Positions 19,057 to 29,430 of a stretch of 64,000 nt of DNA are shown one piece after another. The DNA comes from Trypanosoma brucei (taxonomy: Eukaryota). Positions within the stretch are counted from its first letter, which is position 1. The number at the start of each line of letters is the position of its first letter. The stretch lies in contig AE017150.2 in assembly GCA_000002445.1 (NCBI GenBank), forward strand, positions 896,001-960,000. Reading direction: 5' to 3'. The notes beneath the pieces are model-generated. The model did no database searches. It worked only from the letters and a program-made list of their open reading frames with translations, and was not told the DNA's origin. The position numbers were made by a program, and so were the translations under genes.

Positions 19057-21198
19057 ATGGATGAGCAAAACAGTGAGAGCTCGGATGTGGGGGGCTTACT
19101 TGAAGTTCTCGAAGAGTGTGCGCTTGGTGACTGGGACGTGAGTGCAGATGAGTTGCTGTTAAAGTCGTTGATGACAATGCAGGCGAAGCTTTCCGCCCGT
19201 TTTGACTCTATTCGCGGTATGGTGGACTCCCTTTATGATGAGGCGCGTACGGCCTCGATCCAACTTCAAAACGCCATGAATTCCTTTGCCGTCTTATCAC
19301 AGAGGCAGTTCGTGCAGAACCGTGTGTCGGCAGAAGACGAAGGTAGCGAAAGAGAAACCGAGCCCTCCAAGTCTGATGAAGGCGAGTCAGAGGATAGAGA
19401 AAGGGGTCTTGGGGACGTGGAGGTGAGGGTTGCCCGTATGTGCCAAGAGTGCGTAGACCTTAGCTATCGTGTTCTCAAGAAACGAACAATGCCGTTGCTC
19501 GACGAGGACTCTTCCCTGAGTGAGTATGGTTCGGGGGATGATGAGAGCGAAGGAAGCTCCGCTGAGGTTCGCCGCCCTTCTTGCTCTGAGAATCTCTTCA
19601 TGTCACCCATTACTTCAAGAAAATTTCTCAGCGACCCGTACGGGGGCTACTTTGATAATACTGTCGGCAAAGCAGATTTTACCTCGGGAGGGAGGCGTCG
19701 TCTTGGTGGTTCTACGGGACGAATGGGAAGAGGCTCGCGGCAAAACCCGTCAACGAGATTAGGGGGACCGACGACCGTGCGTCCTGCTGCGCCACCGCCG
19801 TTGCCACCCACTCCCCCACCGGTTCAGATGGCGAAGGCGAAAGGGACTTTGCCCCCACCACCTCCACCGATGCCCACAGGAAAGCTTAAGGCTCCCCCGC
19901 CTCCACCGCCACCGTTTGCGTCGATTGCTGGAAAGACGAGGGCACCCCTGCCACCGCCACCCCCTGCGCCTACTGGAAAGACTCAGGCCCCAGCAGCTCC
20001 ACCCCCTGCGCCTACTGGAAAGACTCAGGCTCCAGCAGCTCCACCCCCTGCGCCTACTGGAAAGACTCAGGCCCCAGCAGCTCCACCCCCTGCGCCTACT
20101 GGAAAGACTCAGGCTCCAGCAGCTCCACCCCCTGCGCCTACTGGAAAGACTCAGGCCCCAGCAGCTCCACCCCCTGCGCCTACTGGAAAGACTCAGGCTC
20201 CAACAGCTCCACCCCCTGCGCCTACTGGAAAGACTCAGGCTCCAGCAGCTCCACCCCCTGCGCCTACTGGAAAGACTCAGGCTCCAGCAGCTCCACCCCC
20301 TGCGCCTACTGGAAAGACTCAGGCCCCAGCAGCCCCGCGTGTCGCCGCACAGACGCAAAAGCAGCAGGCAAAAAAAGGTGTAGCTGCGTTTCTCGACTCT
20401 TCCGACAGTTCGGACGGGTCAGAAGCGAAACCATGTGCGGGGGCTGTGGTAAGACCGGGTCTGGCAGCTCCTTCGCTTGTACGAGAGAATTCAACGCTCC
20501 CGTCACCCGCACCAGTGCTAAGCATGAAGAGGCCACCTGCTGCTTCATCGGGAAAGGGAAAGGTTGCCCTGTTCGACTCGAGCTCGGATAGTGACGAAGA
20601 AAACTCTGGTGTGCGAGCAGCCACTTTCACTGAGAAGGATGACCAACAGTTCCCTAAGGGAGGGGTGGGTGCTGGTGATTTGGCGCGCAAAGGCTCTCCG
20701 AGGGGGGTTCCGAGTCGAGCAACGAGCGGCAGTAGGGTCGGTCCAACTGACCAACAGAAGCTGATATCACCAGTGGGCAGCCCGCGGAGCAGGCGTCCAA
20801 TCTTTTCTAGTTCAAGCGGCAGCTCTCCGGAAGCGACTCCACCGAGGGCGAGTATCAAACAAACCGGTTGCCGAGGTGCGGCTCTCGGGGTATCCAGTAC
20901 CGCACAGGTAGGCGGCGGTAATAACCAAAGCACAACCGCAAAACCTCTCCCAACCACATTTCAATCTGTCGAGAGGAGTGTTCCAGCGTCTCCACCGCCG
21001 CCAGAAGGAGTGCGTGCTAGGAGTGAGGCCGCACCTGCACAGTCGCCCGATGCCGCAGCCAATGTGATGCCTATTGTGAAGACGGAAACTCAACCACAAG
21101 GTGATGACAAAGAGCAGCATACTGCTGCGCCCCTGAAGGTGATACCCAATGTAGCCTTCAGCAAGCGTAAAATAAGCGATAGCGATTCCGACAATTAG
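19057..21198 (+). CDS. proline-rich repeat protein (FH1-like polyproline blocks, 9 tandem APAAPPPAPTGKTQ units, acidic Ser/Asp clusters)
   Basis: PPPLPPTPPP, PPPPPPMP, APPPPPPPF, then 9x APTGKTQAPAAPPP. Also FLDSSDSSDGSE and FDSSSDSDEENSG casein-kinase-like clusters. No FH2 or other globular domain recognised. Confidence 0.7.
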   Translation: MDEQNSESSDVGGLLEVLEECALGDWDVSADELLLKSLMTMQAKLSARFDSIRGMVDSLYDEARTASIQLQNAMNSFAVLSQRQFVQNRVSAEDEGSERETEPSKSDEGESEDRERGLGDVEVRVARMCQECVDLSYRVLKKRTMPLLDEDSSLSEYGSGDDESEGSSAEVRRPSCSENLFMSPITSRKFLSDPYGGYFDNTVGKADFTSGGRRRLGGSTGRMGRGSRQNPSTRLGGPTTVRPAAPPPLPPTPPPVQMAKAKGTLPPPPPPMPTGKLKAPPPPPPPFASIAGKTRAPLPPPPPAPTGKTQAPAAPPPAPTGKTQAPAAPPPAPTGKTQAPAAPPPAPTGKTQAPAAPPPAPTGKTQAPAAPPPAPTGKTQAPTAPPPAPTGKTQAPAAPPPAPTGKTQAPAAPPPAPTGKTQAPAAPRVAAQTQKQQAKKGVAAFLDSSDSSDGSEAKPCAGAVVRPGLAAPSLVRENSTLPSPAPVLSMKRPPAASSGKGKVALFDSSSDSDEENSGVRAATFTEKDDQQFPKGGVGAGDLARKGSPRGVPSRATSGSRVGPTDQQKLISPVGSPRSRRPIFSSSSGSSPEATPPRASIKQTGCRGAALGVSSTAQVGGGNNQSTTAKPLPTTFQSVERSVPASPPPPEGVRARSEAAPAQSPDAAANVMPIVKTETQPQGDDKEQHTAAPLKVIPNVAFSKRKISDSDSDN
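19963..20340 (+). repeat. 9 near-perfect tandem copies of a 42-bp coding repeat (cctgcgcctactggaaagactcaggcYccagcagctccaccc)
   Basis: Seen directly. The only recurrent difference is a synonymous gcc/gct alternation. Confidence 0.95.
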
Positions 21199-21440
21199 GT
21201 TTATTCAGTTGCAGGAAACACAAATGTGGGTAAAAGACCCATACTGTGAGAAATACTTGATCTTTGCTGTTACCTCGGTACCTCTTTTTGATTTAAAAAA
21301 AAGTTAATGAACTCCTTTCAGATGGGTACAGGTATGCTTTCTTCTTTCCATTTACGGTCTTTCTTTTCTTTGCTTTTTCGTTGATTTTTGTGGCGTGCGT
21401 ATGCCGTCGGTGTGGGATGGGCGGCAAGTGAGGGGCCGGT

Positions 21441-22184
21441 GTGTTGAAAACTGGCCATATGCCATGGAACCTTCAAGGCCGGGTCGCAGTTGTGGTTGGA
21501 GCTTCGTCCACCGTTGGTCGGCAAGTGGCTTCACGGCTTGCTGATGAGCACCGTATGCGATTGGCGTGCGTTTCCAGAAGGGGTTGCGGTAGCTCCCTTC
21601 CGTCGGGGTGCGTCGCATTCAAAGCGGATCTCACAGTCGCACCAGAGTCCGACACTGTAATGAAGCAAGTGAAGGAAACACTTGGTCCTGTTTCTCTCCT
21701 TGTAAACTGCGCGGGAGTCACGCTCAACAAAATTCATGTGCGTTGCACAGACACGGACTACGATGTACTTATGAATGTCAACCTACGGGGAGCGCTCCAC
21801 ATCACGCGTTCAGCACTCCGTCATGGTGGCATGCTTCAGGTAGGGGACGGCTCTGTTGTACACATCGGGTCTCTCGTGGGTTGTATGGGCAATGAGGGTC
21901 AGGTTATTTACTCCGCTTCGAAAGCAGCACTGAGTGGCGCAGTGAAGTCGTGGGCGCGTGAGTATGGCCCAAAGAACATTCGCTTTAATGTCATTGCCCC
22001 TGCGTTAATTGAAGGCGAAGGAATGGCCACAACGTTGACGGAGAATCAAATCGAAGAGTGGCGGCAGCGCTGTCCGCTACGGCGTTTGGCTACGGTAACT
22101 GACGTAGTTGATGCAGTTGTGGGTGTAGCATGCTGCCCCTTTATCAGTGGGCAGACTATACATGTAGATGGGGGAATGTGGTGA
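21441..22184 (+). CDS. short-chain dehydrogenase/reductase (3-oxoacyl-ACP-reductase-like)
   Basis: VAVVVGASSTVGRQVA (Rossmann TGxxxGxG variant), NCAG, catalytic YSASKAAL (YxxxK), IRFNVIAPALIE, a PR-type C-terminal motif, GQTIHVDGG. Confidence 0.85.
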   Translation: MLKTGHMPWNLQGRVAVVVGASSTVGRQVASRLADEHRMRLACVSRRGCGSSLPSGCVAFKADLTVAPESDTVMKQVKETLGPVSLLVNCAGVTLNKIHVRCTDTDYDVLMNVNLRGALHITRSALRHGGMLQVGDGSVVHIGSLVGCMGNEGQVIYSASKAALSGAVKSWAREYGPKNIRFNVIAPALIEGEGMATTLTENQIEEWRQRCPLRRLATVTDVVDAVVGVACCPFISGQTIHVDGGMW

Positions 22185-22360
22185 CGGAGCCCCTTACCGG
22201 TGCCATTGCGGAGACGAACAGCGATTAAATCGTTTTATTCTGCTTTGGTGCGCAATGGTTCTGCGGATGCGTACAATTGTGTACAAGACAGTGCTTGTTT
22301 GGCGGAATGGTGTGCGTTGAAACGTGTGATGGATGCATTCCAATTACCTAAACCCAGATT

Positions 22361-22409
22361 TCTTTTTTGTTATCTGCTTCTATTCTACCTTTGTTTCATT
22401 ACTTTGTAG
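22361..22409 (+). promoter_or_regulatory. polypyrimidine tract plus AG, a candidate trans-splice acceptor for the downstream gene
   Basis: tcttttttgttatctgcttctattctacctttgtttcattactttgtag sits ~30 nt upstream of the ATG at 22441. This is the typical trypanosomatid arrangement. Confidence 0.5.
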
Positions 22410-22440
22410 GCACTGTTGGTGCAAGACTATCCGTAAGCGG

Positions 22441-23496
22441 ATGCGGTTGAGTGTTTCGGGGCGGTCTTCCGCTCGATCGGGAATGAGTAGTGACACACGG
22501 CTCCCCGCTGCAGTCTTAGAGAGAGAGACGAAGGTGATTAACTACAGCCACTCCACTTCACGGGCCATGGCGGCTCAACTGGAGAACTGTGTCCGGTTGA
22601 TCCGCGGCTACCAAGCGTCGTTGCAGTACTGCAACGAAGAAATCGAGGGGGCGTTGCTATCTCTTGGCGTAGCTACGACCCACTCACTGATTTCCTCCAT
22701 TACTTCCGTTATGGAGGGCTTAGACACTCTCTCCGGGGTGTGCAGGGCCATGCACGAGGGGTACAACGAAGAGGTGCGACATCGCGAGGATCTGCATACC
22801 TCGCTGACAGGAGCGTATATATCCTTAAAAGAGCTCCACGAAGCCACTGAGAATGAGTTGAGAGAAGTTGTTGCGGAACGCGACCGAAAAGTGGCGGCAT
22901 TCGGGAAGGCCGTTGCCTACGTTGAGGCTGTGGTTGCGGAAAGGATGCTCTGGCAGGAGGCGAACGGCTACAACTGCGCCGGTCTTCCAGTTGTGGAAAT
23001 GTCTTTTTCTGAGAGCTGCCACGAAGCGCTTAGAAAGTTTGATGATACAGTGTCTGAAGCACAGGGTGAAGGACACAGCAACGCAGAAAGCCTGCTAGCG
23101 TCCACAGATGTCCCCCAAACACTCGCAAAGCGTTGGGACAATGTCGAGAACTTGCGACACACGAATGGACTGCCATCCGCTCGTGTTCTATATGTTCCAC
23201 CGAAGGATGAGGTTGAGTTACTGCGCAATGTGCTGGAGATGGGTACAGGAGACCGCGCATTAATGTGGGACGTCCAGCAGAGAGAAAGGGCGCTCCAGGA
23301 TTCATTAACAAACATACATGTGTTCGGGCACTCATGTCTGAAGGCACTCCACAGTATGCGAGAAGAACTCGCTGAATTTCGGCAGTGGTTCTTAACGATA
23401 GACCGGAAGTGCGAACCAATCGTCGTGGCGATGAGGAAACTCGGGAACGGAGTTTGTGGATTAAGCAGCGCTTCGGATAAGAATCTCCCACATTGA
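22441..23496 (+). CDS. hypothetical protein (~351 aa)
   Basis: The ORF runs 22333-23496, but 22333-22440 reads as a polypyrimidine/AG acceptor region. The start is therefore placed at the MRLSVSG Met. Confidence 0.55.
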   Translation: MRLSVSGRSSARSGMSSDTRLPAAVLERETKVINYSHSTSRAMAAQLENCVRLIRGYQASLQYCNEEIEGALLSLGVATTHSLISSITSVMEGLDTLSGVCRAMHEGYNEEVRHREDLHTSLTGAYISLKELHEATENELREVVAERDRKVAAFGKAVAYVEAVVAERMLWQEANGYNCAGLPVVEMSFSESCHEALRKFDDTVSEAQGEGHSNAESLLASTDVPQTLAKRWDNVENLRHTNGLPSARVLYVPPKDEVELLRNVLEMGTGDRALMWDVQQRERALQDSLTNIHVFGHSCLKALHSMREELAEFRQWFLTIDRKCEPIVVAMRKLGNGVCGLSSASDKNLPH

Positions 23497-23978
23497 AGTG
23501 GCGCGAAATGTCTTTGCTGTAAAGTATTTATGAGGCCAACTCGTCTCCTGCGGTATGTGTGAGTCAATGGGAGCATCCGTTTTCGTTGTTGCGGGGCGGG
23601 TGCAAGGCTGGATGGAGGGAGTAAATATACTTATGTAGAGCCTACACCGACCGAAAGAGGGCGGGCAGTTTGCGTGTCAAAAAAAGCAAAAACTTTGCGT
23701 CGCGAACCTCGCGTTGCCTCCTCTCTTGCTCGTTCTATTAACCCACACTGAGCGTTTCTCATCTTGTTTTTGATGTTTGCCCGCCTTACGCTGTTTTCTT
23801 TTTCTTTTTCGTTGGAACCGTCAAGGCGCTGAGACACTTTGCTTTCTCCTAAACTTGTGCACCCTTCCCCTCCCTAGTGGCGGGCAACTTTTTTCACGCA
23901 TCCTTTTTCTTGCCCATATCCTCCATCATACGGGACGTGTTTGACGTCGGCCTTTACCAGAACGCCAACAGTGGAGAA

Positions 23979-24818
23979 ATGGAGCGGTACAAGCTGCGCC
24001 CATACCCGTCCGCCCGCACTCCGAGCAGTGCTCTGTACCTCTGCGTTGACCAACTGACTGAAAGGGAGCTTGCCGTGAAGGTTATCGGCAAAGGGAACCC
24101 ATCGGCTGATCGCAGGGTCCGGCGGTTGCTTCATGGAGTTCAAATGGTTGCGCGCGCAGGGCCACATCAAAACCTTATCGCCGTCCACGGTGTCTACGAT
24201 TCCGATGGTAATGTATATGTGTTTATGGACTACGCGGAGGGTGGAACGTTATTGAACTACATAAAGCGTCGAGGGCCACTCCCAGAGGGAGTTACTATTC
24301 AGGTTGTAAGACAGCTGTTGGAAGCACTTGCGCACCTCCACGGCCGAGGTGTAATGCATCGCGACATTAAAGCAGAGAACATCCTAATTCGTGAGCCCAC
24401 GGAAGGGAGGAAGCCCCTGGGGCGTGTGTGCATCTGTGATTATGGTTTCGCGACGTGCTCAACCCCAACAAACGAGTGCGTGGGTTCTCCAGGGTACTGT
24501 GCTCCGGAGATAGCTCTAATCGGAATCACGCAAGGACCGAAGGCGGATGAGAATGGCTACTGTTACGATGAGAAGTGTGACATTTGGTCATTGGGAGTCA
24601 CTACGTATGCAATGTTAAGCGGACAGCTCCCCTTTACCGGAGGCACACCAACAGATGTGTTTAAAAGTATCCTTCGGGATAGCGTGCCATTCAGTTCCCC
24701 CACGTGGGGTAATGTAAGCCACGAGGCAAAGAAGTTTGTTCTTTACCTGATGACCTTCAAGGCAAGTAACAGGCCTTCTGCCCGAGCGGCACTGGGGCAC
24801 CCTTGGTTAGTTGTGTAA
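23979..24818 (+). CDS. serine/threonine protein kinase (CAMK-like catalytic domain only)
   Basis: YKL...LGxG-like region, AVKVI (VAIK), HRDIKAENILI (subdomain VIb), DYGFAT (DFG variant), GSPGYCAPE (APE), DIWSLGVTTYAMLSGQLPF (IX). Confidence 0.9.
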   Translation: MERYKLRPYPSARTPSSALYLCVDQLTERELAVKVIGKGNPSADRRVRRLLHGVQMVARAGPHQNLIAVHGVYDSDGNVYVFMDYAEGGTLLNYIKRRGPLPEGVTIQVVRQLLEALAHLHGRGVMHRDIKAENILIREPTEGRKPLGRVCICDYGFATCSTPTNECVGSPGYCAPEIALIGITQGPKADENGYCYDEKCDIWSLGVTTYAMLSGQLPFTGGTPTDVFKSILRDSVPFSSPTWGNVSHEAKKFVLYLMTFKASNRPSARAALGHPWLVV

Positions 24819-25220
24819 GAAAGTTTGCGCACTGGACGTGCGGGAAAGGAATTACATGTGCAAATGTTTAGGAATTTGCTTTCACCGAGGCTCCACCTAA
24901 GGGGAGGAGTGATGACGTGGAGACAGTATCTGAGTAGGGGCATGCACCTCTCTTGTGTATAGTGACTAACGGATTTCTTGCGGGTGTACTTTAGGTCTGC
25001 AGATGGGGGACCTCCAAAAATGGGTCTGCCAACACTAGCTACTACCTTTTCCTCTTTCTTTTTCCACTCACACCGCTGGTTTCTCCAGTCTTTTCCTTGC
25101 ACCAACAATCATCACCGAAAGATACTCCTGTTTTCGCATCACTACCCTGAAGGAGCACTACAAAGGAGGAGAGAAGGCCAAGGAGGGGGTGAAAGAGGAG
25201 GGGGAGGGGCGCAGTAAAGT

Positions 25221-26750
25221 ATGTTTTGTTGCATTTCTAACTGTGTGCCGCACGAACCGGTGGTCTCACGCTCCTCCGGCTGCTTGTACGAGCGGTCGCT
25301 GATTGAGAAGTATATTGCAGAGCACGGATGTTGTCCAATAACTGGTGAGGCTCTTCACAAGGAGGATCTCATTGCAGTGCGCCGGACACCTCTGACGGGT
25401 GCAACTTTTGTGGCGGATGAAACTGTGCCTGCATTGCTTGCGAAGTTGCACTCGCAGTGGGATGCCATTATGCTTGAGCAGTTCGCACTGCGACAGCAAT
25501 TGACACAAACACAACAAGAGCTGGCTCAGGCTCTTCACCAATACGAAGCGGCGTGCCGAGTAATTGCGACATTTCTCAGTGACGGCAAGGCGGAGGAGGA
25601 CACACGCGTGGTAGAACAAACTGAGTCAGGCGCAGGGGATGGTAGCAGCGAAGGAAACCGTGTGGATGAAGAAAGAATTGTCTTACCCGGTGAGGTTGTC
25701 CGGGAACTGGAGGAACACGACTCCGCGCAGCGGCAAAGGCGGAGGACCCGGTCGATGCCAACTACATTGGCGACGCTGCAGTGTGTGCAGGGCTTCACAG
25801 AGCGGAATTCCGTCCATTTGGGGAGAGGAGCATGCGGCGTCAGCCGTCTGGTGTGTGGCAATGTTTTTGTTGGTTTGGACAACGCAGCTATAATACGCTG
25901 CGATGTACGAGGTGGGCAGGTGCAGACCGCGGGTGTCGGTCACGAAGGAGCGGTTCGTCATGTTGTCGCCATGTCGGGGTCTTGCGGTGACGGTAATACC
26001 AGCAACGGCACTCTCCGCGTAATATCTGGATCAGACGATGCATCGTTGCGTTTCTGGGCGTCTGAGGGAGAGGTATTGGTTTGTCAAGGCGTAGTGCGAC
26101 ACCATAAGGGAGGGATCGTTGGTCTCCGCAGTCTCACATCTGGCCGCTTGTTCCTATCCGCAAGTTCTACAGAGGTTGGGCTGGTCGATGCGGTTCGATT
26201 GGATTCTGTTGTGTGCGTCAACGGGGCAACAATGGGATTTTCGCGAATAATCAGTCTGGACGCACATCCGTACGGGGCACTGGCGGCAATAGGAGTGGAA
26301 GGAGCGGGCTTTTGTATATGGTCCACTGCTTACATGTGCGTGGACACCACCGTTTCGCTGAAGGGCAAGGGTGACGTGTGCAGTATTGCTTTTAACGGGG
26401 ACTGCTTCACCCTAGCCACCGGTCTGCGCGATGGAAAGGCTCTGTTATGGGACCTCAGAAATTTGTCCACACCTTTCCGTGAAATATTGCCGGAAGCAAC
26501 CGCGCTAAAGGGATCAGCTCTCAGTGGTGCAGTCTGTACCGTTGCCTTCGATGACTACGGCAAGTATTTAGCCGTAGGCGGGTGCCACACCCGCCTGTAC
26601 GACTGGGCGGCGCCATCTGAAGGTCAACAGGAGTTGTGTACGCTGAACACAGGCCCACAGTCGGTTGCTGGCATCCTTTGGGACGTTGATGCGCAAGGGC
26701 TTGTTAGCTGCAGTGTAGATGGTGTGGTGAAGGAGTACAGATCAACATGA
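25221..26750 (+). CDS. PRP19: PRP19 (U-box E3 ligase / NineTeen-complex splicing factor) with WD40 C-terminus
   Basis: U-box MFCCISNCVPHEPVVSRSSGCLYERSLIEKYIAEHGCCPITGEALHKEDLI. A PRP19 coiled-coil block ...WDAIMLEQFALRQQLTQTQQELAQALHQYEAACRVIATFL. WD-repeat-like C-terminal half. Confidence 0.85.
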   Translation: MFCCISNCVPHEPVVSRSSGCLYERSLIEKYIAEHGCCPITGEALHKEDLIAVRRTPLTGATFVADETVPALLAKLHSQWDAIMLEQFALRQQLTQTQQELAQALHQYEAACRVIATFLSDGKAEEDTRVVEQTESGAGDGSSEGNRVDEERIVLPGEVVRELEEHDSAQRQRRRTRSMPTTLATLQCVQGFTERNSVHLGRGACGVSRLVCGNVFVGLDNAAIIRCDVRGGQVQTAGVGHEGAVRHVVAMSGSCGDGNTSNGTLRVISGSDDASLRFWASEGEVLVCQGVVRHHKGGIVGLRSLTSGRLFLSASSTEVGLVDAVRLDSVVCVNGATMGFSRIISLDAHPYGALAAIGVEGAGFCIWSTAYMCVDTTVSLKGKGDVCSIAFNGDCFTLATGLRDGKALLWDLRNLSTPFREILPEATALKGSALSGAVCTVAFDDYGKYLAVGGCHTRLYDWAAPSEGQQELCTLNTGPQSVAGILWDVDAQGLVSCSVDGVVKEYRST

Positions 26751-27103
26751 TAAATTATTAAGCGGGTGGATGGGTGTAACTGTTAGCGAGGATCACTTGA
26801 GGGATGGCAGTGCGAGCCCACACTGTTGGTGCCCCTATCTCTGTGTACGCACTTTTCCGCTTGTCAGCACCAAGTAATCACTAATGTGAATGGGAAGGTA
26901 CAAAAAAATAGTGTTACCGCTCGTGCCAGACACTCTTGATATGCATCTATGCATAAGTGTTTTATATGCAAGGTTCTTCAATTTGCTCTGACTTTTTTCT
27001 GTTCGGCTATTATTCTTACACATCTCTGCCATTCTCCTAATCTGCTTGCTGACATCTGTGTTTTTTTTTAGGTGGTGTCTGCGCTGTTAGCCACCATCGA
27101 GGG

Positions 27104-28285
27104 ATGAGTGAGTTCCCGTTGGTGTCACCTAACGTGGATTCTGATCGTCCCCCCTTAGGTGCGGCACCCCGTTTCTTCCTTGGAGAGTCGAACTTCAGCG
27201 TGTATGAAGAAATGGCCAGGCAATTGAAGGAAATGGGGTGGTGCGAAGTGCGGTCGAAAGGTTGGCTCCCGACGTGTGATGTCATTTTGGGAGATCGCTT
27301 CACAATTCCATACCCACTGCTTCGCTGCGAGTGCTTACCACCTACTTCACGTTACAGCGGCAGCAGGTGGCTAAATTATTTTCGAGGATCGCACCGGCTG
27401 ACGTTAAAGGCATCCATGGCACGCCTGTTGCAGAAGGCTGACAGCACCTGCGGAGAGTGGATGCCGCGGTCATATGTTCTTGGTGGTGATCAAGAGCGAC
27501 GGAAGGACGATAGAGAAGCTTTCCTGGAGCACGCAGTGAGGGACCCCACTCAAGTGTGGATCATCAAACCGAGCAGTGGCTGCAAGGGAAAGGATATTGT
27601 GTTGACACGCAGCGTGGCGGAGCTTGAAGTTTTCATCTCGGAGTTGGACCCGAAGTGCCGCAGAATATACTTGGTACAGCAGTACGTTCAGCGTCCGCTG
27701 CTCTATCGAGGGAGGAAGTTTGACATGCGCGTTTGGGCGCTGCTGAAATCGCCGTACACAATATATGCCTTTACAAAGGGAAGTTGTCGCACTTCCAGTA
27801 GTCCGTATGACCCAGACGACATCGAAGACTATCTCGTTCACCTCACAAATCACTGCCTACAGGAAGATGCTCCGGAGTTTGGACAGTACGAGGAAGGCAA
27901 CGAGTTATGGTTTGAGGAAGTCGGTGCTTACTTGCATGAAGTTTACCGAAAGCGAGTCCTTGAGGACCGCATCCTGCCACAGATTGCTAGCATCATTATT
28001 CGTACACTGCTAGCCGCGCGGGCAGAGCTTCAAGTGCTGGAAAACGAACCCTATCAATGCTTCCAGTTGTTTGGTTACGATGTCATCGTGGACGAGGGGT
28101 TAAGCGTAATGTTATTGGAGATAAACGGATCGCCGGGGGTCGCGAGCAAGTATTTGCAGCCACTAGTACGCGAGATAATTAAACTCGTCGATGGAGGCGA
28201 GGCGTTGAACGAGTGGGACGTTGATGCGGTTGGATTTGTAAAACTCTGGGCGGAGGGCGATGAATTGCCTATCGGGAGCACGTGA
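27104..28285 (+). CDS. tubulin-tyrosine-ligase-like (TTL/TTLL family) protein
   Basis: WIIKPSSGCKGKDIVL (ATP-grasp), RIYLVQQYVQRPLLYRGRKFDMRVWALL, HLTNHCLQ, FQLFGYDVIVDEGLSVMLLEINGSPG. These are the conserved TTL-domain blocks. Confidence 0.8.
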   Translation: MSEFPLVSPNVDSDRPPLGAAPRFFLGESNFSVYEEMARQLKEMGWCEVRSKGWLPTCDVILGDRFTIPYPLLRCECLPPTSRYSGSRWLNYFRGSHRLTLKASMARLLQKADSTCGEWMPRSYVLGGDQERRKDDREAFLEHAVRDPTQVWIIKPSSGCKGKDIVLTRSVAELEVFISELDPKCRRIYLVQQYVQRPLLYRGRKFDMRVWALLKSPYTIYAFTKGSCRTSSSPYDPDDIEDYLVHLTNHCLQEDAPEFGQYEEGNELWFEEVGAYLHEVYRKRVLEDRILPQIASIIIRTLLAARAELQVLENEPYQCFQLFGYDVIVDEGLSVMLLEINGSPGVASKYLQPLVREIIKLVDGGEALNEWDVDAVGFVKLWAEGDELPIGST

Positions 28286-28576
28286 GGTAGATCCAAGGCC
28301 GTGGTTCGATCACCACAGCTGCACCTTTGGGTTCCAAAACAATCGCTTCCCTCTTGTCGTTTCCATTCTTCTTCCCCTAACATTTTTCCACTTATGCTGT
28401 TGTATGCGTATGTTTGTATTTATAGAGATAGATCGGTGGCGGATATATTAAAAGCAGCGCTTTTGTGTCTCTTGTGCTCACCCTCATTGAGCGCGGGCGT
28501 ACCTTATCCCTTCCCCCCGTCTCCCTTTCTTTTTAATAATAATAATTCCAATTACCTCTTCGTTTAGGTACACGGT

Positions 28577-28951
28577 ATGTCTGGTGGTGTTAATCCCACT
28601 GTTCGCCTCAGCGCCACCGCTGGTGGAGGCACTGGCACCGCAGGCAACAATGAGCAGGCGCCACAGCCGAGTGATGCCTCAGTGTCCAAACCGCAACCGA
28701 TAATGTCACGCGCCGCACGGAGACGTGCAAAGAAACCACCGGTTATTGTAACCCCTCAAATGCGGGAAGACGCACGGGAGAGGTTGAGGGAGCTACGGAA
28801 GTACCACCGGTTGCTGAAATCTAACGGAGCGCGCCGGAAGTTGGCGAAGCTTCGCGCACAGAAGCGCCAAAGGGATGTGAACCCCGTGGATGAGGTCTGC
28901 GCCCGTTTCGACACCGACTGTAGACCGCGAAAGAAGAGTCGGCGTGAGTAA
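28577..28951 (+). CDS. small basic hypothetical protein (124 aa, Arg/Lys-rich)
   Basis: Co-directional ORF with a basic C-terminal half (RAARRRAKKPP...KLAKLRAQKRQRD...RPRKKSRRE). No domain recognised. Confidence 0.45.
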   Translation: MSGGVNPTVRLSATAGGGTGTAGNNEQAPQPSDASVSKPQPIMSRAARRRAKKPPVIVTPQMREDARERLRELRKYHRLLKSNGARRKLAKLRAQKRQRDVNPVDEVCARFDTDCRPRKKSRRE

Positions 28952-29430
28952 AAGCAGAAGATGCGGTAGCAGCAGCGACAGAAGCTCGAGACAAAAGGTG
29001 GAGGCACCGAACTGCTGGCCGTAAGGAAGGCGCCTTGGGGGCAGCGAAAGGCGCAAAAGTAAAAAAAACAAAGAGGAGTGGGCATGAAATTGCTAGTGGT
29101 GGGGTTCTTTCCATACTAGTGGGCGGAGCTGCGGGCTATTTTTCTTCTGCATGGGGTCGTCAGTTCTGCGAAAAAAAATAATATCATCCTGAGGCGCTGC
29201 TGCACGCACCCTCGCGTGAAGAACCCCAATATGTATTCGGTTAAAATCGCTTTAATTGATTTGTTGTTTCTAGTGCAGACTGCTGCACCGCGGCCCATAC
29301 CCTTCCCTCCAAGGTTTCCTTTTCACCTGTTGTTTCTCGTATTGCAAATCTCCTCTCCACTTTGTTACTGGCTTGGGTAGGATCTACATATAGAGAGAAC
29401 ACGTGTGGGTATTGGTGTCTGCAGTGAGAA

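Noticed and set aside
19759-20383. Long alternative-frame and antisense ORFs across the 42-bp repeat (RRRGWSCWSLSLSS... and LRLLERLRPQQLHP...)
   Set aside because: Artefacts of a perfect tandem repeat staying open in all frames. The in-phase frame (APAAPPPAPTGKTQ) belongs to the long 713-aa ORF with unique flanks.
28296-28325. tRNA-like T-loop string (gtggttcgatcaccac) just after the TTL stop codon
   Set aside because: It cannot be folded into a cloverleaf: no acceptor, D or anticodon arms, and the T-stem is imperfect. No tRNA genes were recognised anywhere in the window.
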